A stretch of 64,000 nucleotides of DNA from Mobula hypostoma (GCF_963921235.1 NC_086108.1:11780001-11844000), one strand, 5' to 3'; counted from the stretch's first letter, positions 1-12,109 are shown. Program-made: numbers and translations. The notes: a model not told the origin generated them from the sequence alone.

Positions 1-272
1 CCTGATGGCCTTTCTCTTTGCAGCCCCCATAATGACTTGGAGAGAGAAGGCTCTGCAGTGCAAGCGGCCACCAAAACCTCCACACCCCACCTCTATAGAT
101 TGGCATTGTGCCTTCCACCCCTTTCCCTGGCACTGCTCCACCTACTGTCGGTACTTGGCTTTCTTACGCTCAAATGCCTCCTCAATCCGGTCTTCCTAAG
201 CCACTGTCAGGACTTCCATGACTACCTGCTTTAAAGTTTCCTGCAGAATGACCATGTCAAGCCTCAGGGATG
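1..272 (-). mobile_element. Fragment of an RLE-type (HERO/NeSL/R2-group) non-LTR retrotransposon, restriction-like endonuclease C-terminus, decayed
   Basis: Hand translation of the minus strand gives SLRLDMVILQETLKQVVMEVLTVA*EDRIEEAFERKKAKYRQ*VEQCQGKGWKAQCQSIEVGCGGF, matching the R(P)D...ELTVPWE...EEA.ERKK.KY...GW...EVG.RGF pattern. Two stops; absent from the ORF track. Confidence 0.8.
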
Positions 273-276
273 ATGA

Positions 277-740
277 TCATAGAGTCATAGAGTCATAGAT
301 TCACAGAAAAGTACAGCACAGAAACAGGCTCATCAGCACAACTACTCCATAACAAACCATTTAAACAGCCTGCTCCTGCACTGGGATCCTATCCCTCCAT
401 ATCCCTACCAACCATGCACCTAACAAACTTCTCTTAAACATTGAGATTGAGCGCACATGCACCACTTGTGTAGCAGCTCACTCCACACTCTCACAACTCT
501 CGGAATGAAGAAGTTTCCCCTCACGTTCACCTTAAGTGTTTCACTTTTCACCTTTAACCATCACCTCTGGCTGTTGCCCCCTTAACCTCAGTGGAAAAAA
601 GCCTGCTTGCATTCACCTATCCATACCCCTCATAGTTTTGTATACCTCTACCACATCTCCTTTCAATCTTCTACATTCCCAGGAATAATGTCCTAACCTG
701 TTCAATCTTCCCTTATAACTCATGTCCTTCAGACCCAGCA
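277..740 (-). mobile_element. CR1 LINE 3' fragment
   Basis: ORF 613-1026(-) ends in CR1 C-terminal LKDMSYKGRLNRLGHYSWECRRLKGDVVEVYKTMRGMDR; (CATAGAGT)n tail at about 278-300. Confidence 0.85.
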
Positions 741-1746
741 ACAGCCTTGTAAGTTTGCTGTTGTACTCTTTCAACCTATTTACGTCTTTCCTGTCAGTAT
801 GTAATAATAAATCTACTTTGAACTTTGAATTTGGAAAATTCAGTTTCTCCAACAAACATTTCCAAGCACAGTGCTTGGAGTGCAATGAAGAGAAGAAGAA
901 TCGGCCCCCGGAGTAAACTTCCTGAGACGCTGAGAAGAGAAACACTCTGAATGAGCAGAGCCGTACCAAGGTTCCAGGCGTCAAAATTGGGACAGGAGGT
1001 GATGAGGGCCCGCAACCCCTTTCCAACAGATGTCATGCCCCAAAGGCAAATCCACAATCGAGTGATAATAACTGAAATTTGAAACCATAAACTGATGGAT
1101 GGGCTTTCTAACTTCCCATTAACGGAACAGCATGCTGCTTCTCATTAACAAAGCAGAGTCTGTTAGCACCATTTAAATTTGCAGTGTTGATATCTGTGAA
1201 ATTAGCAAGGCCAATAGAACCTATCAGCAAGCTTTGTGCTGTTGCTGTCATGAGATGCATCTAATCTATTGAAGAATTCAGCTCTAGTAATTTTACTGTT
1301 TATTACACATTTATGGAGCACTATGGTAGGAAGATGCTGGCACATCATACACTTGATCCATTTAAGTATTTAGAGCTGAAGGGAGTTATAATCACATTAA
1401 GCCTGAGAAAACGTCCAATCCGTTTTCTGCCTCAATGGACTGCTGCTAAGATTGCTAAGCTAAACTAAGATGCATCACGCGGGGGCTTCCCAGATTCAGA
1501 AACACTGACTGTACTCCAGTGACTCACACTTTTCAATCTTACTTTCCTCTCTTGTGAATGTACAGGACAAATGTTGGGAAAATGTGAAGCCATGGAGACA
1601 ACCAAACTTATCCATGATGACCATGTGGTGCGAGTCCTATTTGCCCCTTATGTCCAACTATTATTCAATTGTCTTTTAAGTTTTGTTAACTTTGAGTGTT
1701 GGAAATTTGGCTGAGTGGTGTCATAACAACAACATCTCACTCAATA

Positions 1747-1856
1747 CACAGGGCAACAAACATTTGGCTTCCCGAATACTTTTGAATGTACCTTATGGAT
1801 TTTGGTCTACTGATCACGAAAATCACCATGAAATTTCCATATCATGCACCATTTTT
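1747..1856 (+). mobile_element. Left end of a Chapaev3-like DNA transposon
   Basis: Similar to the left termini at 20288 and 34998 (CAC..G.CAACAAA...ATGGATTTTGG...CTGATCACGAAAATCACCATGAAA). Confidence 0.55.
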
Positions 1857-2482
1857 GGCCCAGCTCTTTTATCACAACACTGCAATTGTTTTCCCTCAAC
1901 ATTTTTGATTAAAAGCCTTCCTCTTTCATGCCTCCCTCAGACTAGGATTCATTACCCCAAGTTGAGTCTTGGCAGACTATTTGAAAAAGCAATGGATTCC
2001 ATCCAAAGTCAATCTTATCCTTATTGACAGACAAAGGCTTCAGACAGACCTATATAATCTGCACTCTGGACCACGATCAGGAGCAGATGTGGTCCACAGA
2101 ACCAAAGGGGCTAACTTGGCCAAGATCTTTGCCAAACAACATAAAAGGCAACATGTTTCATTCCCAGGCAAGCTCAATGTCTTTTATCTTGCATCAAGCG
2201 TGCAGGCAGCTTTACGAGCCCGCATAGACCCCGTGATCTCAGACTATGGGACCGTTGTGAGAGCATCCTTCAGGATGGTAAATCCATGAATTGCATCTGA
2301 CCCAGACAGTGTACCTGGTCAAGTATCGATGACCCATACTGAACTTCGACAGTTTGAGGTGCTCATCTGCTTCAACCAGGCTTCAATTATACCAGTGCCC
2401 AAGAAGAACTTGGTAAACTACCTCAATGTCAGTAGCACTTACATCCACTATTTGAGAGATTGGTCATGAAGCATATCAACTC

Positions 2483-2634
2483 CATAAGACCACAAGATAT
2501 AGGAGATGAATTAGGCCATTTGCCCTATCAAGTCTGCTCTGCCATTTCATCATGATTGTTCCATTTGCCCTCTCAGCCCCAATCTCCTGCCTTGTCCCTG
2601 TATCCCTTCATGTCCTGACTAACCAAGAATCTAT
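2483..2634 (-). mobile_element. Short CR1 3'-end insertion inside the Rex1 copy
   Basis: CCATAAGACCACAAGATATAGGAG..AATTAGGCCATT is the same tail family as 60175; it interrupts the Rex1 RT frame. Confidence 0.7.
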
Positions 2635-3067
2635 GCCTGCCTGAGGAGTGACTTGAAACCGCTCCAATTTCCCTAACGGCACAACATGTCTACAGCAGAT
2701 GCCATTCCATTGACTCTTCACTCAACTCTGGAACACCTGGAGAGCAAAGATGCATACATCAGGAAGCTCTCTATTGACTACAGTTCAGCATTCAACGTTA
2801 TCATCCCCTCAAAACTCGACAGTAAGTTCCAAGACCTGGACCTCAATAGTTCCTTGTGCAAATGGATCCTCAATTTCCTCACTTGCACACCCCAGTCAGT
2901 TTGGATTGGCAACAACATCTCCTCCACAATCTCCATCATCTCAGGAGCATCTCAAGAGCATGTGCTTAGCTCCCTGCTCTATTCGCTTTATACTGTGAGG
3001 CTAAGCATAGCTCCAATGCCATATTTAAGCTTGCTGATGACACCACTGTCGGCCAAATCAAAGGTAG

Positions 3068-4457
3068 TGTCATGGTCTGGATCGGGGTCTCTTTAAATTT
3101 ACTTTGTTTATGTTACGATCCAAACCGTTGACTCCCTGTTTCCCTTTGGTTCCCTGTTTTCCCGTGTCCTTCGGCCTTAGTGATCAGATGCAATTTACTC
3201 TCAGCTGAACCGGTAGTTTATAGTCTCCGGCTTTCAGCTGTTTGGCGCGAGAGCGTTTGCAAAGTCACCAAGGTATGGCATGCCAATGTCATCTGGCCGG
3301 AGCAAACCTAGTCTCCGCCCGAAGCGAGAGCCGGTAATTCACCTTTCCTCACCGGAGCAATCCTGTCTAGTTACCTCACCAAAGCGAGCCTGCAAAGTTT
3401 CCTCACCGAGGTGGGTTGGTCAGTTAACCCGCCGGAGGGAATCAAGAACCACTGTCTACTGTTCCTGGGCTAAGTCGAGAGCTCACCACTACCCAGAAGC
3501 TCCAAGTCAAGTCCTGGCTCTGGGGGCATCCAAGTACCGAGTCGAGTCCTGGCCCTGGCGGCATCCAAGTTCCGAGTCAAGTCCTGGCCCTGGCGGTCTG
3601 TGATTCCTGTCCTACCCCACTGTCTGAATCCCTTCTCTGCCCATCTCACCTCTAGCCCTCGTCTGCAGCCCTCGCCTGCACCTCGGTCTAGTTCTATCAC
3701 CGGAGCTAGATAGGTACTGTCTGGTGTTCTTTCGTGTTGGTCTTGTCCTGTCCTCGCCTCCGTGGGGTAAGTCTGGCCGTCTTGCCGTTGCCCTGCGGGG
3801 GGTCATATCATGTCTTGTCTTGTCCTCGCCTCCGTGGGGTAAGTCAGGCCGTCTTGCCGTTGCCCCATGGGGGGTCATATTTTGTCTTGTCTTGTCCTCG
3901 CCTCCATGGGGTAAGTCAGGCCGTCTTGCTGTTGCCCCACAGGGGGTCATGAGTCCCAGCCCTATGCCCTGTACCCAAGGAGGGGTCCCGGCTCTCTGTT
4001 CTGTGTGTGAGTCCCGGCCCTATGTCCTGTACCCAAGGAGGGGTCCCAACTCTCTGTTCTGTGTATATGTGCATGGTTCCATGTACCTGCTCTCCCGAGA
4101 CCGAGGCTCTGTTTTTCCACGTTCCTCCTCTCCCTAGCCCATGTCATGTCCATGCCTGGTTCTGGGATCCGAGCCCGGGGAAGACCCAGGTACTGGGTCC
4201 TTGCCCAGTTTCTGGCTCGGAGTCCATACCGTAGCCTCTTCATGTCACCTCTAGTTCTGGAAGCCGATTCCGAGTCCTAGCCCAGACCCTTAGTCCCAGC
4301 CGAGTCGTTGTCCTAAATCCTTGTCCAGTTCGCTATTCCTGATCCTGCCTTGCTCTCCTGGTTTCGAACAATAAACTAAATTTAATTAACCTCACAAGAT
4401 GTGTCTTGCATTTGGGTCGTCCCTTGCTCCCTATGCCCCCCCCCCCCCAGTGTGCCA
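3068..4457 (+). mobile_element. Solo LTR (about 1.39 kb) with 5-bp TSD GGTAG
   Basis: Starts TGTCATG and ends TGTGCCA; GGTAG at 3063-3067 and 4458-4462; AATAAA near 4370; the Rex1 sequence resumes right after it. Confidence 0.85.
3741..4066. repeat. Tandem repeats inside the LTR: 3 x 72 bp (3741-3950) then 2 x 58 bp (3951-4066)
   Basis: Units start at 3741, 3813 and 3885 (TCTTGTC.TGTCCTCGCCTCC) and at 3951 and 4009 (GAGTCCC.GCCCTATG); the overlapping ORFs show 24-aa periodicity. Confidence 0.9.
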
Positions 4458-5082
4458 GGTAGTGATGAATCAGCATATAGGAGAAAGACTGAGCATGTCA
4501 GCAAACCCAAAGAGCTGATTATTAACTACAGGATGAAGAAGCTGGAGGTCCATGAGCCAGTTCTCATAAAAGGAGCATTGGTGGAGAAGATCAGTAGCTT
4601 TACATTCCTAGGTATTATCATATCAGATGGTCTGTTCTGGGACCAGCACGTAAGTGCCTTCACAAAGAAGGTACAGCAGCACCTTACTTTCTTAGAAGGT
4701 TGTGAAGATTCAATATAGGTTTGCATAAATTACCAAAACCTTTGATGAGCTTCTATAGGTGCACAGTGGAGAGTATCCTAACTGGTTGCATCACTGCCTG
4801 GTATGGACACTAATGTCAAGAAATGGAAAAAGCCACAAAATGTGGTAGAACAGTCCATCACAGGAAAAGTCCTCCCCATTATTGAGTACATTTTCACGGA
4901 ATACTGTCGTAAGAAAGCAGCATCCATCATCAAAGATCCCCATCTTCCAGCCCATGATTTCTTCTCACTGCTACCATCTGACAAGAGGTGCAGAATCCCA
5001 CTCACTCCACCTGGTTCTGGAACAGTTATCACCCTACAACCATCAGGCTCCTGAACTGGCAGTGATAACTGCACTCGCCACG

Positions 5083-5480
5083 TGTAATGAGTTCTGCAGT
5101 CATGGAAACCGTTGGCCTCCAAAGTTTTTAGAGCACATTAATTGGTTAATTGTTGTTTAATGATAGTTTTTAATTGTTCAGAGTTTCTTGTGATTTTCTC
5201 GAGCGACTCACTCTTTGTAATGCGATCTCCTGATGCCTTCGGTTTAAGTTTGTTAATTTTACTTTGATAGGCTGGGAGATTCCATGTTACTCGTATTATT
5301 TAAGTGGATGCCTGATTAGTGCTAATGGCAGGATAATAGCTTTGAGAATGTCGCTTCTTGCAGCATTACTTGGCCGGGACACTGATTGTCTTTTGGAATA
5401 AATTCTCATCGCTGTCTGTACATCAGTGTCTGTCTTTCCTCTGCATTTGGGTTCTGATGTTGCTGGTGTACATCATGACA
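5083..5480 (+). mobile_element. Probable older solo LTR (about 400 bp)
   Basis: TGTAATGA...TCATGACA termini (7/8 inverted match); AATAAA near 5397; it interrupts the Rex1 3' UTR; TSD degenerate (CCACG/TCACA). Confidence 0.55.
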
Positions 5481-5689
5481 TCACAACACCATGACATACA
5501 GACTCACTTTCAAGGACTCTACAACTCCTGTTCTCAATATTATTGCATTTTATTTGCACAATTCATCTTTTGCACCTTGGTCTGGTACATGTTTGTCTAT
5601 CCATGTATAGATTTTTATAGAACTCTATTGTACTTTCTTCTTGTAAATGTGTACAAGAACATGAATCTCAAGGTAGTATTTAGTACTTC

Positions 5690-6266
5690 GGTTCCATAAG
5701 GTTGTTATAGCCAAGAGAGGTAATGGGGACAAGCTCCCACTACCTATTAAATGCTCCCAATGGTATTCAACTCAAATAACCTTTGGAAATCAAGTCCAGC
5801 TCCTGGCTTTCACGTGTGGTTTAGCTACAAAGCCCAACAAAACAATTTCTACTGACAGGAGAGTTACTGGCACCTTAAAACCAGTTGTTTTGGACAAATG
5901 GATCTTGTCAGGTGTGGTTGGCAGTTCATCTAGGCGAAGGAAAACTCTGATATCAAACCTTCGCTGCCTTGTGTCTGTACTCACTCATGGGGAAGGCTTC
6001 TAAAGTAAATCCTAAGGGAAAATTCCAGAGCTGGAGTCCCTAAGGCAGTCCTACGTTGAGTTCAATGCTGAGTGGCAACTCCTGCAACACTGCTGGTACC
6101 AAACTGTATTGGTCTCTGCCATTCCTTTGGGTTTATCAGATGCATGGAGAGAGGGAGCTTGGTACATGGGCAACAGCTTGCTCTCCATATTGTACTGCCC
6201 TGGCTTGCACATCTAGACAGTTAGGACGCAACATCTATGGTTGATCCTGACTGATGGAGGCCTCAT
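5690..6266 (+). mobile_element. Non-autonomous RTE-derived retroposon (about 580 bp), copy 1
   Basis: Colinear with 33498-34076; no ORF; the end ATC.ATGGT.GA.CCTGAC.GA.GGAGGCCT resembles RTE 3' termini; inserted in the Rex1 tail. Confidence 0.6.
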
Positions 6267-6403
6267 AGAATGTACGTTGATAATAAATTTACATTGAAGT
6301 TTGAACTTTGAAGATCTAAGAATGCAGAAATAGTGAAGGAAAAATTCTCTGAGTCCGATAGAGGCAGACCGCTCGGCTTGCATTGGATTGGAGGACTGTG
6401 TGA

Positions 6404-6504
<101 letters not shown>

Positions 6505-6530
6505 TGGTGGCTGGATGGGTGGGAGGGAGG

Positions 6531-7376
6531 TGTGACGACAGACCAAATTATCAGAAGATTGATGCCGATAAGAGGACAATGGGGGAACATTCAGAAATGT
6601 TAATCAGAGACGAGAGGGATTAACGAGAAGGAGACACAGATCCGAGTATTGTCAGAGACCGGTGGCTTTGAACCCTGAACTGTTTGAAGTTTGATGGACA
6701 GGCGATACCCCAGCAGGGGGATAAAAAGGGACAGGTTTGCTAAGGCAACAGACACACGACTCCACGAGGTAACGAGACCCTGGAAGCGGTGTGCCCCCAC
6801 AAGTTGGTGGGAGTTTTGGTGGTCTGGTCGCGGGACCAGCCATAGACGCACAGGGTAGAAAGGTACGGGTCGGCGGGAACCTGGTGTGTGTGTCCGCCCT
6901 TGCCTGGGTGCCAGGTTCACTGCAGAAGAACGATCGTATCTGGGACGGAGGGGTCACAGTCGGTGACCTCAGAAGACATTACAAAGGGTTCGCCCGAAAG
7001 CTAACTGCGAGGAATATGGAAGGTCTGTTTGGAATCCGTTTTGAATATTCATTTGCTTTCGCTCTCTCTCTTCTCCCCTCCCCAATGGCACAACAGCGAC
7101 TACTGCGAACTGAACTGAACTCAATTGAACTGAACTTTGCATCACTTGAAACTGATCATTTACCCCTAGACTGTGATAGAGCTTGATTAATCCTATTATC
7201 CTAGTTCTGTGTACATGTGTGTTTATTCATTGCTAACCTGTTGCATTTATATCCTTACTATTAGAGTACTGTGTTACTTATTTCTTTAATAAAACTTTCT
7301 TAGTTCCAGTAATCCAGACTCCAACTAAGTGGTCCATTTCTGCTGGTTTGGCAACCCAGTTACGGGGTTCGTAACA
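6531..7376 (+). mobile_element. Solo LTR (846 bp) with 4-bp TSD GAGG, probably Gypsy-type
   Basis: TGTGACGA...TCGTAACA termini; GAGG at 6527-6530 and 7377-7380; GATAAAAA near 6720 and AATAAA near 7288. Confidence 0.88.
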
Positions 7377-7444
7377 GAGGTAAGAGGTTTGCTTTGCTGA
7401 ACATGGTGGGCATGCCCTGTTGTCACCAGAATGTGTGGAGTGGG

Positions 7445-8240
7445 GACACATGCAGCCGGTTGGGTGGTGTCGCAGCACCAATCTTGCACTCAGTATCAAT
7501 AAGACCAAAGAACTGATTGCGGACTTCAGAAAGTGTAAGACCAGGGAACACACATCAGTCATAATAGCGGGATCAGAAGTGGAAACGGTGAGCAATTTCA
7601 AAATACAGGGTGTCAATATCTCCAAGAATCTCTTCTGGGCCCAACATATCGACGCAACTACAAAGAAGGCGCAACAGCAGCTATATTTCATTAGGAGTTT
7701 GAGGAGATTTGGTATGTCACCAAAGATGCTGCAAAGTTCTGTAGATGTACTGTGGAGAGCATTCTAACTGGTAGGGGGTGGGGTGGCTACTGCGTAGGAT
7801 CAAAATAAGCTGCAGAGGTTGTAAGTTCATTCAGCTGCATCATAGGCACTACCTCTATAGTATCTAGAACATCGTCAAGGATTGATGCCTCGAAAAGGTG
7901 GCATCCATCATTAAGGACTCCTATCACCAAGATCATGCCTTGTTCTCATTGCTTCCATCAGGAAGTAAATACAGAAGCCAGAAGTCACACACTCAGCGAT
8001 TCAAGAACAGCTTCTTCCCCTCTGCCATCTGATTTCAGAATGGACATTGAATCCATGAACTTTACTTCACAATTTTTTTTATTTCTGTTTTTGTACTACT
8101 TATTTAATTTAACTATTATATATATTTTTTTCTTACCGTAATTTATGTTTTTTCCCCTATTATTATGTATTGTATCGTACTGCGACCACAAAGACAACAA
8201 GGTTCATGACATATGCTGGTGATATTAAACCTGATTGTGA
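7445..8240 (+). mobile_element. Rex1/Babar LINE 3' fragment
   Basis: WCRSTNLALSINKTKELIADFRK...KKAQQQLYFIRSLRRFGMS; tail GGTGATATTAAACCTGATT. Confidence 0.85.
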
Positions 8241-8297
8241 CACGCAGGCTCTCGCCAGCACGTACTTAGAATGTGTTGCTTGCTAATGTAAGTAACT

Positions 8298-8567
8298 GGG
8301 GCAGCACGACACTTTACAGTGCAGGTGATCCTGGTTCAACGCACCCTGCTGTCTGTAAGGAGTTCGTACGCTCTCCCCATGACCACATGGGTTTCCTCCA
8401 GGTGCTCTGGTTTCCTCCCACAGTCCAAAGATGTGCTGGGTGGTAGGTTAATCATTCATTGTAAGTTGTCCCATGATTAGGCTAGGGTTAAATCAGGAGA
8501 TTGCTGGACAGCGTGGCTCAAAGGGTCGGAATGGACTGTTCTACACTGTATCACAATAAATAAATAA
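8298..8567 (+). mobile_element. V-SINE (HE1-like tRNA-derived SINE)
   Basis: V-domain core GGGTTTCCTCCAGGTGCTCTGGTTTCCTCCCACAGTCCAAAGA; (TAAA)n tail. Confidence 0.8.
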
Positions 8568-10745
8568 ATAGAAACATAGAAACATAGAAAATAGGTGCAG
8601 GAGTAGGCCATTCGGCCCTTCGAGCCTGCACCGCCATTTATTATGATCATGGCTGATCATCCAACTCAGAACCCAGCCTTCCCTCCATACCCCCTGACCC
8701 CTGTAGCCACAAGGGCCATATCTAACTTCCTTTTAAACATAGCTAATGAACTGGCCTCAACAGTTTGCTGTGGCAGAGAATTCCACAGATTCACCACTCT
8801 CTGTGTGAAGAAGTTTTTCCTAACCTCGGTCCTAAAAGGCTTCCCCTCTATCCTCAAACTGTGACCCCTCGTTCTAGACCTCCCCAACATCGGGAACAAT
8901 CTTCCTGCATCTAGCCTGTCCAATCCCTTTAGGATCTTATACGTTTCAATCAGATCCCCCCTCAATCTTCTAAATTCCAACGAGTACAAGCCCAGTTCAT
9001 CCAGTCTTTCTTCATATGAAAGACCTGCCATCCCAGGAATCAATCTGGTGAACCTTCTTTGTACTCCCTCTATGGCAAAGATGTCTTTCCTCAGATTAGG
9101 GGACCAAAACTGCACACAATACTCCAGGTGTGGTCTCACCAAGGCCTTGTACAACTGCAGTAGTACCTCCCTGCTCCTGTACTCGAATCCTCTCGCTATA
9201 AATGCCAGCATACCGTTCGCCTTTTTCACCGCCTGCTGTACCTGCATGCCCACTTTCAATGACTGGTGTATAATGACACCCAGGTCTCGTTGCACCTCCC
9301 CTTTTCCTAATCGGCCACCATTCAGATAATAATCTGTTTTCCTATTTTTGCCACCAAAGTGGATAACTTCACATTTATCCACATTAAATTGCATCTGCCA
9401 TGAGTTTGCCCACTCACCCAACCTATCCAAGTCACCCTGCATCCTCTTAGCATCCTCCTCACTGCTAACACTGCCACCCAGCTTCGTGTCATCCGCAAAC
9501 TTGGAGATGCTGCATTTAATTCCCTCTTCCAAGTCATTAATATATATTGTAAACAACTGGGGTCCCAGCACTGAGCCTTGCGGTACCCCACTAGTCACCG
9601 CCTGCCATTCTGAAAAGGTCCCGTTTATTCCCACTCTTTGCTTCCTGTCTGCTAACCAATTCTCCACCCACACCAATACCTTACCCCCAATACCGTGTGC
9701 TTTAAGTTTGCACACTAATCTCCTATGTGGGACCTTGTCAAAAGCCTTTTGAAAATCCAAATATACCACATCCACTGGTTCTCCCCTATCCACTCTACTA
9801 GTTACATCCTCAAAAAATTCTATGAGATTCGTCAGACATGATTTTCCTTTCACAAATCCATGCTGACTTTGTCCGATCATTTCACCGCTTTCCAAATGTG
9901 CTGTTATCACATCCTTGATAACTGACTCCAGCAGTTTCCCCACCACCGACGTTAGGCTAACCGGCCTATAATTCCCCGGTTTCTCTCTCCCTCCTTTTTT
10001 AAAAAGTGGGGTTACATTAGCCACCCTCCAATCCTCAGGAACTAGTCCAGAATCTAACGAGTTTTGAAAAATTATCACTAATGCATCCACTATTTCTTGG
10101 GCCACTTCCTTAAGCACTCTGGGATGCAGACCATCTGGCCCTGGGGATTTATCTGCCTTCAATCCCTTCAATTTACCTAACACCACTTCCCTACTAACAT
10201 GTATTTCGCTCAGTTCCTCCATCTCACTGGACCCTCTGTCCCTTACTATTTCTGGAAGATTATTTATGTCCTCCTTAGTGAAGACAGAACCAAAGTAATT
10301 ATTCAATTGGTCTGCCATGTCCTTGCTCCCCATAATCAATTCACCTGTTTCTGTTTGCAGGGGACCTACATTTGTCTTTATCAGTCTTTTCCTTTTTACA
10401 TATCTATAAAAGCTTTTACAGTCCGTTTTTATGTTCTCTGCCAGTTTTCTCTCATAATCTTTTTTCCCCTTCCTAATTAAGCCCTTTGTCCTCCTCTGCT
10501 GAACTCTGAATTTCTCCCAGTCCTCAGGTGAGCCACTTTCTCTGGCTAATTTGTATGCTACTTCTTTGGAATTGATACTATCCCTAATTTCTCTTGTCAG
10601 CCACGGGTGCACTACCTTCCTTGATTTATTCTTTTGCCAAACTGGGATGAACAATTGTTGTAGTTCATCCATGCAACCTTTAAATGCCTGCCATTGCATA
10701 TCCACCGTCAATCCTTGAAGTGTCATTTGCCAGTCTATCTTAGCT
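8568..10745 (-). mobile_element. Young 5'-truncated CR1 LINE
   Basis: (TTTCTATG)n tail on the minus strand; intact RT ORF; probable TSD TAAATAA at 8561-8567 and 10745-10751. Confidence 0.95.
8666..10745 (-). CDS. CR1 ORF2 reverse transcriptase, uninterrupted for about 690 codons, endonuclease domain missing
   Basis: [39 protein letters not shown] and KFADDTK motifs. The first ~40 aa of the 733-aa track ORF come from flanking DNA. Confidence 0.9.
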
Positions 10746-11589
10746 AAATAAACAACATATTTCTCTATATACGTGATAAATAAATTAATCTGAATCTGAA
10801 CATATAAATTACTGAAAGAGCACAGAGAGATAATGATTGGTTTTCCACTCAATTGACTCTTGATCACATACTCTCTCTAAATTTGTCTCTACTTCCACCA
10901 ATTTATAATCAATCAGACCCTTGCATCCCAGATCAAGCACCCAAGAACGATAATATTCTCTAATCTTAGGTTCTCTGATGCTTTCTCTAATGGGGAAACA
11001 GTGCATTTTGAGTACTACATTTCCAGTAGAATTGATAATGAACGCTGTGCTGTTGTATTTTTTTCAATGTGATCTTAATGAACACATTAATAGTAGTCTG
11101 CTGTGCCTTCGCGTGGGCTGTGGTAGTGGTGTGGCTTGGGAACTCTAAGTGCTTTGACTGCTTGATGCCTGTTAAATCTTCAGCCTCACGTGTCAAATTC
11201 ACTGAAGGAACATCTTGTGGAGCGAGAGAGGAGATCATCATCAAGCTGAGGTGTAGATGCCAGTAAACATATTTAAGTGTTTGCCAAGTGGCGTAGATGC
11301 CTCATTAGATCTTGCTGGGCAAAGACACGTCTTGACATCCTGGTTCCCTAGCAACAGGGATAAGCTGCTCTATCTAATTACAATCAGCAAAACAGACCTC
11401 TGTCACATTTCAGTTTGAGGTAGATAATTAATTCATAACTTCTTGCTGCTTTATGGTTTTCCCTCAAAAATACAATCAATTTTATTTCTCATTAATTTGA
11501 TAACAAAGCTACATCCGTGAATTGGCAAGTGTGAGTGAAATAGGTGAATGTCAGGAATGTTCTGGAGCTGGGTACCTGGTTGCATGACT

Positions 11590-11810
11590 TTCTCTCTCTG
11601 CCTACCTCTTCTGCTGATGAACAGAGTTCACCCTGACTTCCTCCCTCCTTCCCTTCCCCCTCTCTCACCCCCCTCACTCTCTCTCTTCCTCTTGAGCTCT
11701 CCCCTTGCTCCCTCTTTCTCTCCCTCTTCCTCTTGCTCTTCCTCCCTCTCTCTCTCCCCTCTCTCCCCCTCTTGCTATTTCTCTTTCTCTCTCTCTATTT
11801 CTTTCTTCAT
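11590..11810. repeat. Polypyrimidine (CT-rich) low-complexity tract
   Basis: Long C/T-rich run seen directly. Confidence 0.9.
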
Positions 11811-12109
11811 CACTGCTCTGCACATTTTTTTGTTTGAAGTCTACAGGAGGAGTCAGAAATAGAATTAATTCCCAGCTCCACTGACCCACCGGCTGAAGTG
11901 CAGGACGATGAGATGTACTGTGAATGATGTGGATTTCTCTCTTCTTCAGGCAGTCCCAAGGGATCGTGATTGCTTCCTCCACTCTACCTTTGTGGGTTCT
12001 GTCAAGACTGTGTTCAAATCTTCAGTGAAGGAATCCAACATCTCGACTAGGGAGGAGGAGCATTTAGGATGTTCCAAGTGTTAGGAGCTCACAGACCCCT
12101 GGGGTAAAT

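Larger units (their letters stand above)
2300..6312 (+). mobile_element. Rex1/Babar-type LINE (RT, C-terminus, 3' UTR), decayed and split by four later insertions
   Basis: ORFs read STADAI..TLH.TLEHL...YIR.L.IDYSSAFN.IIP.KL (2686-3060), then KPKELIINYR (from 4460) and CRKKAASIIKDPHLPAH (4803-5054). Tail TAATAAATTTACATTGAAGTTTGAACTTTGAA ends near 6312. Confidence 0.85.

Noticed and set aside
3280..4243. Repetitive Pro/Arg-rich ORFs
   Set aside because: They arise from GC-rich tandem repeats inside a solo LTR.
10746..10867. N-terminal extension of the 733-aa ORF as a host-RT fusion gene
   Set aside because: It is chance read-through into flanking DNA past the truncation point, with a non-ATG start and no recognisable domain.
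11548..11982. Ser/Pro/Leu-rich and Arg/Glu-rich ORFs
   Set aside because: They are translations of the CT-rich low-complexity tract.
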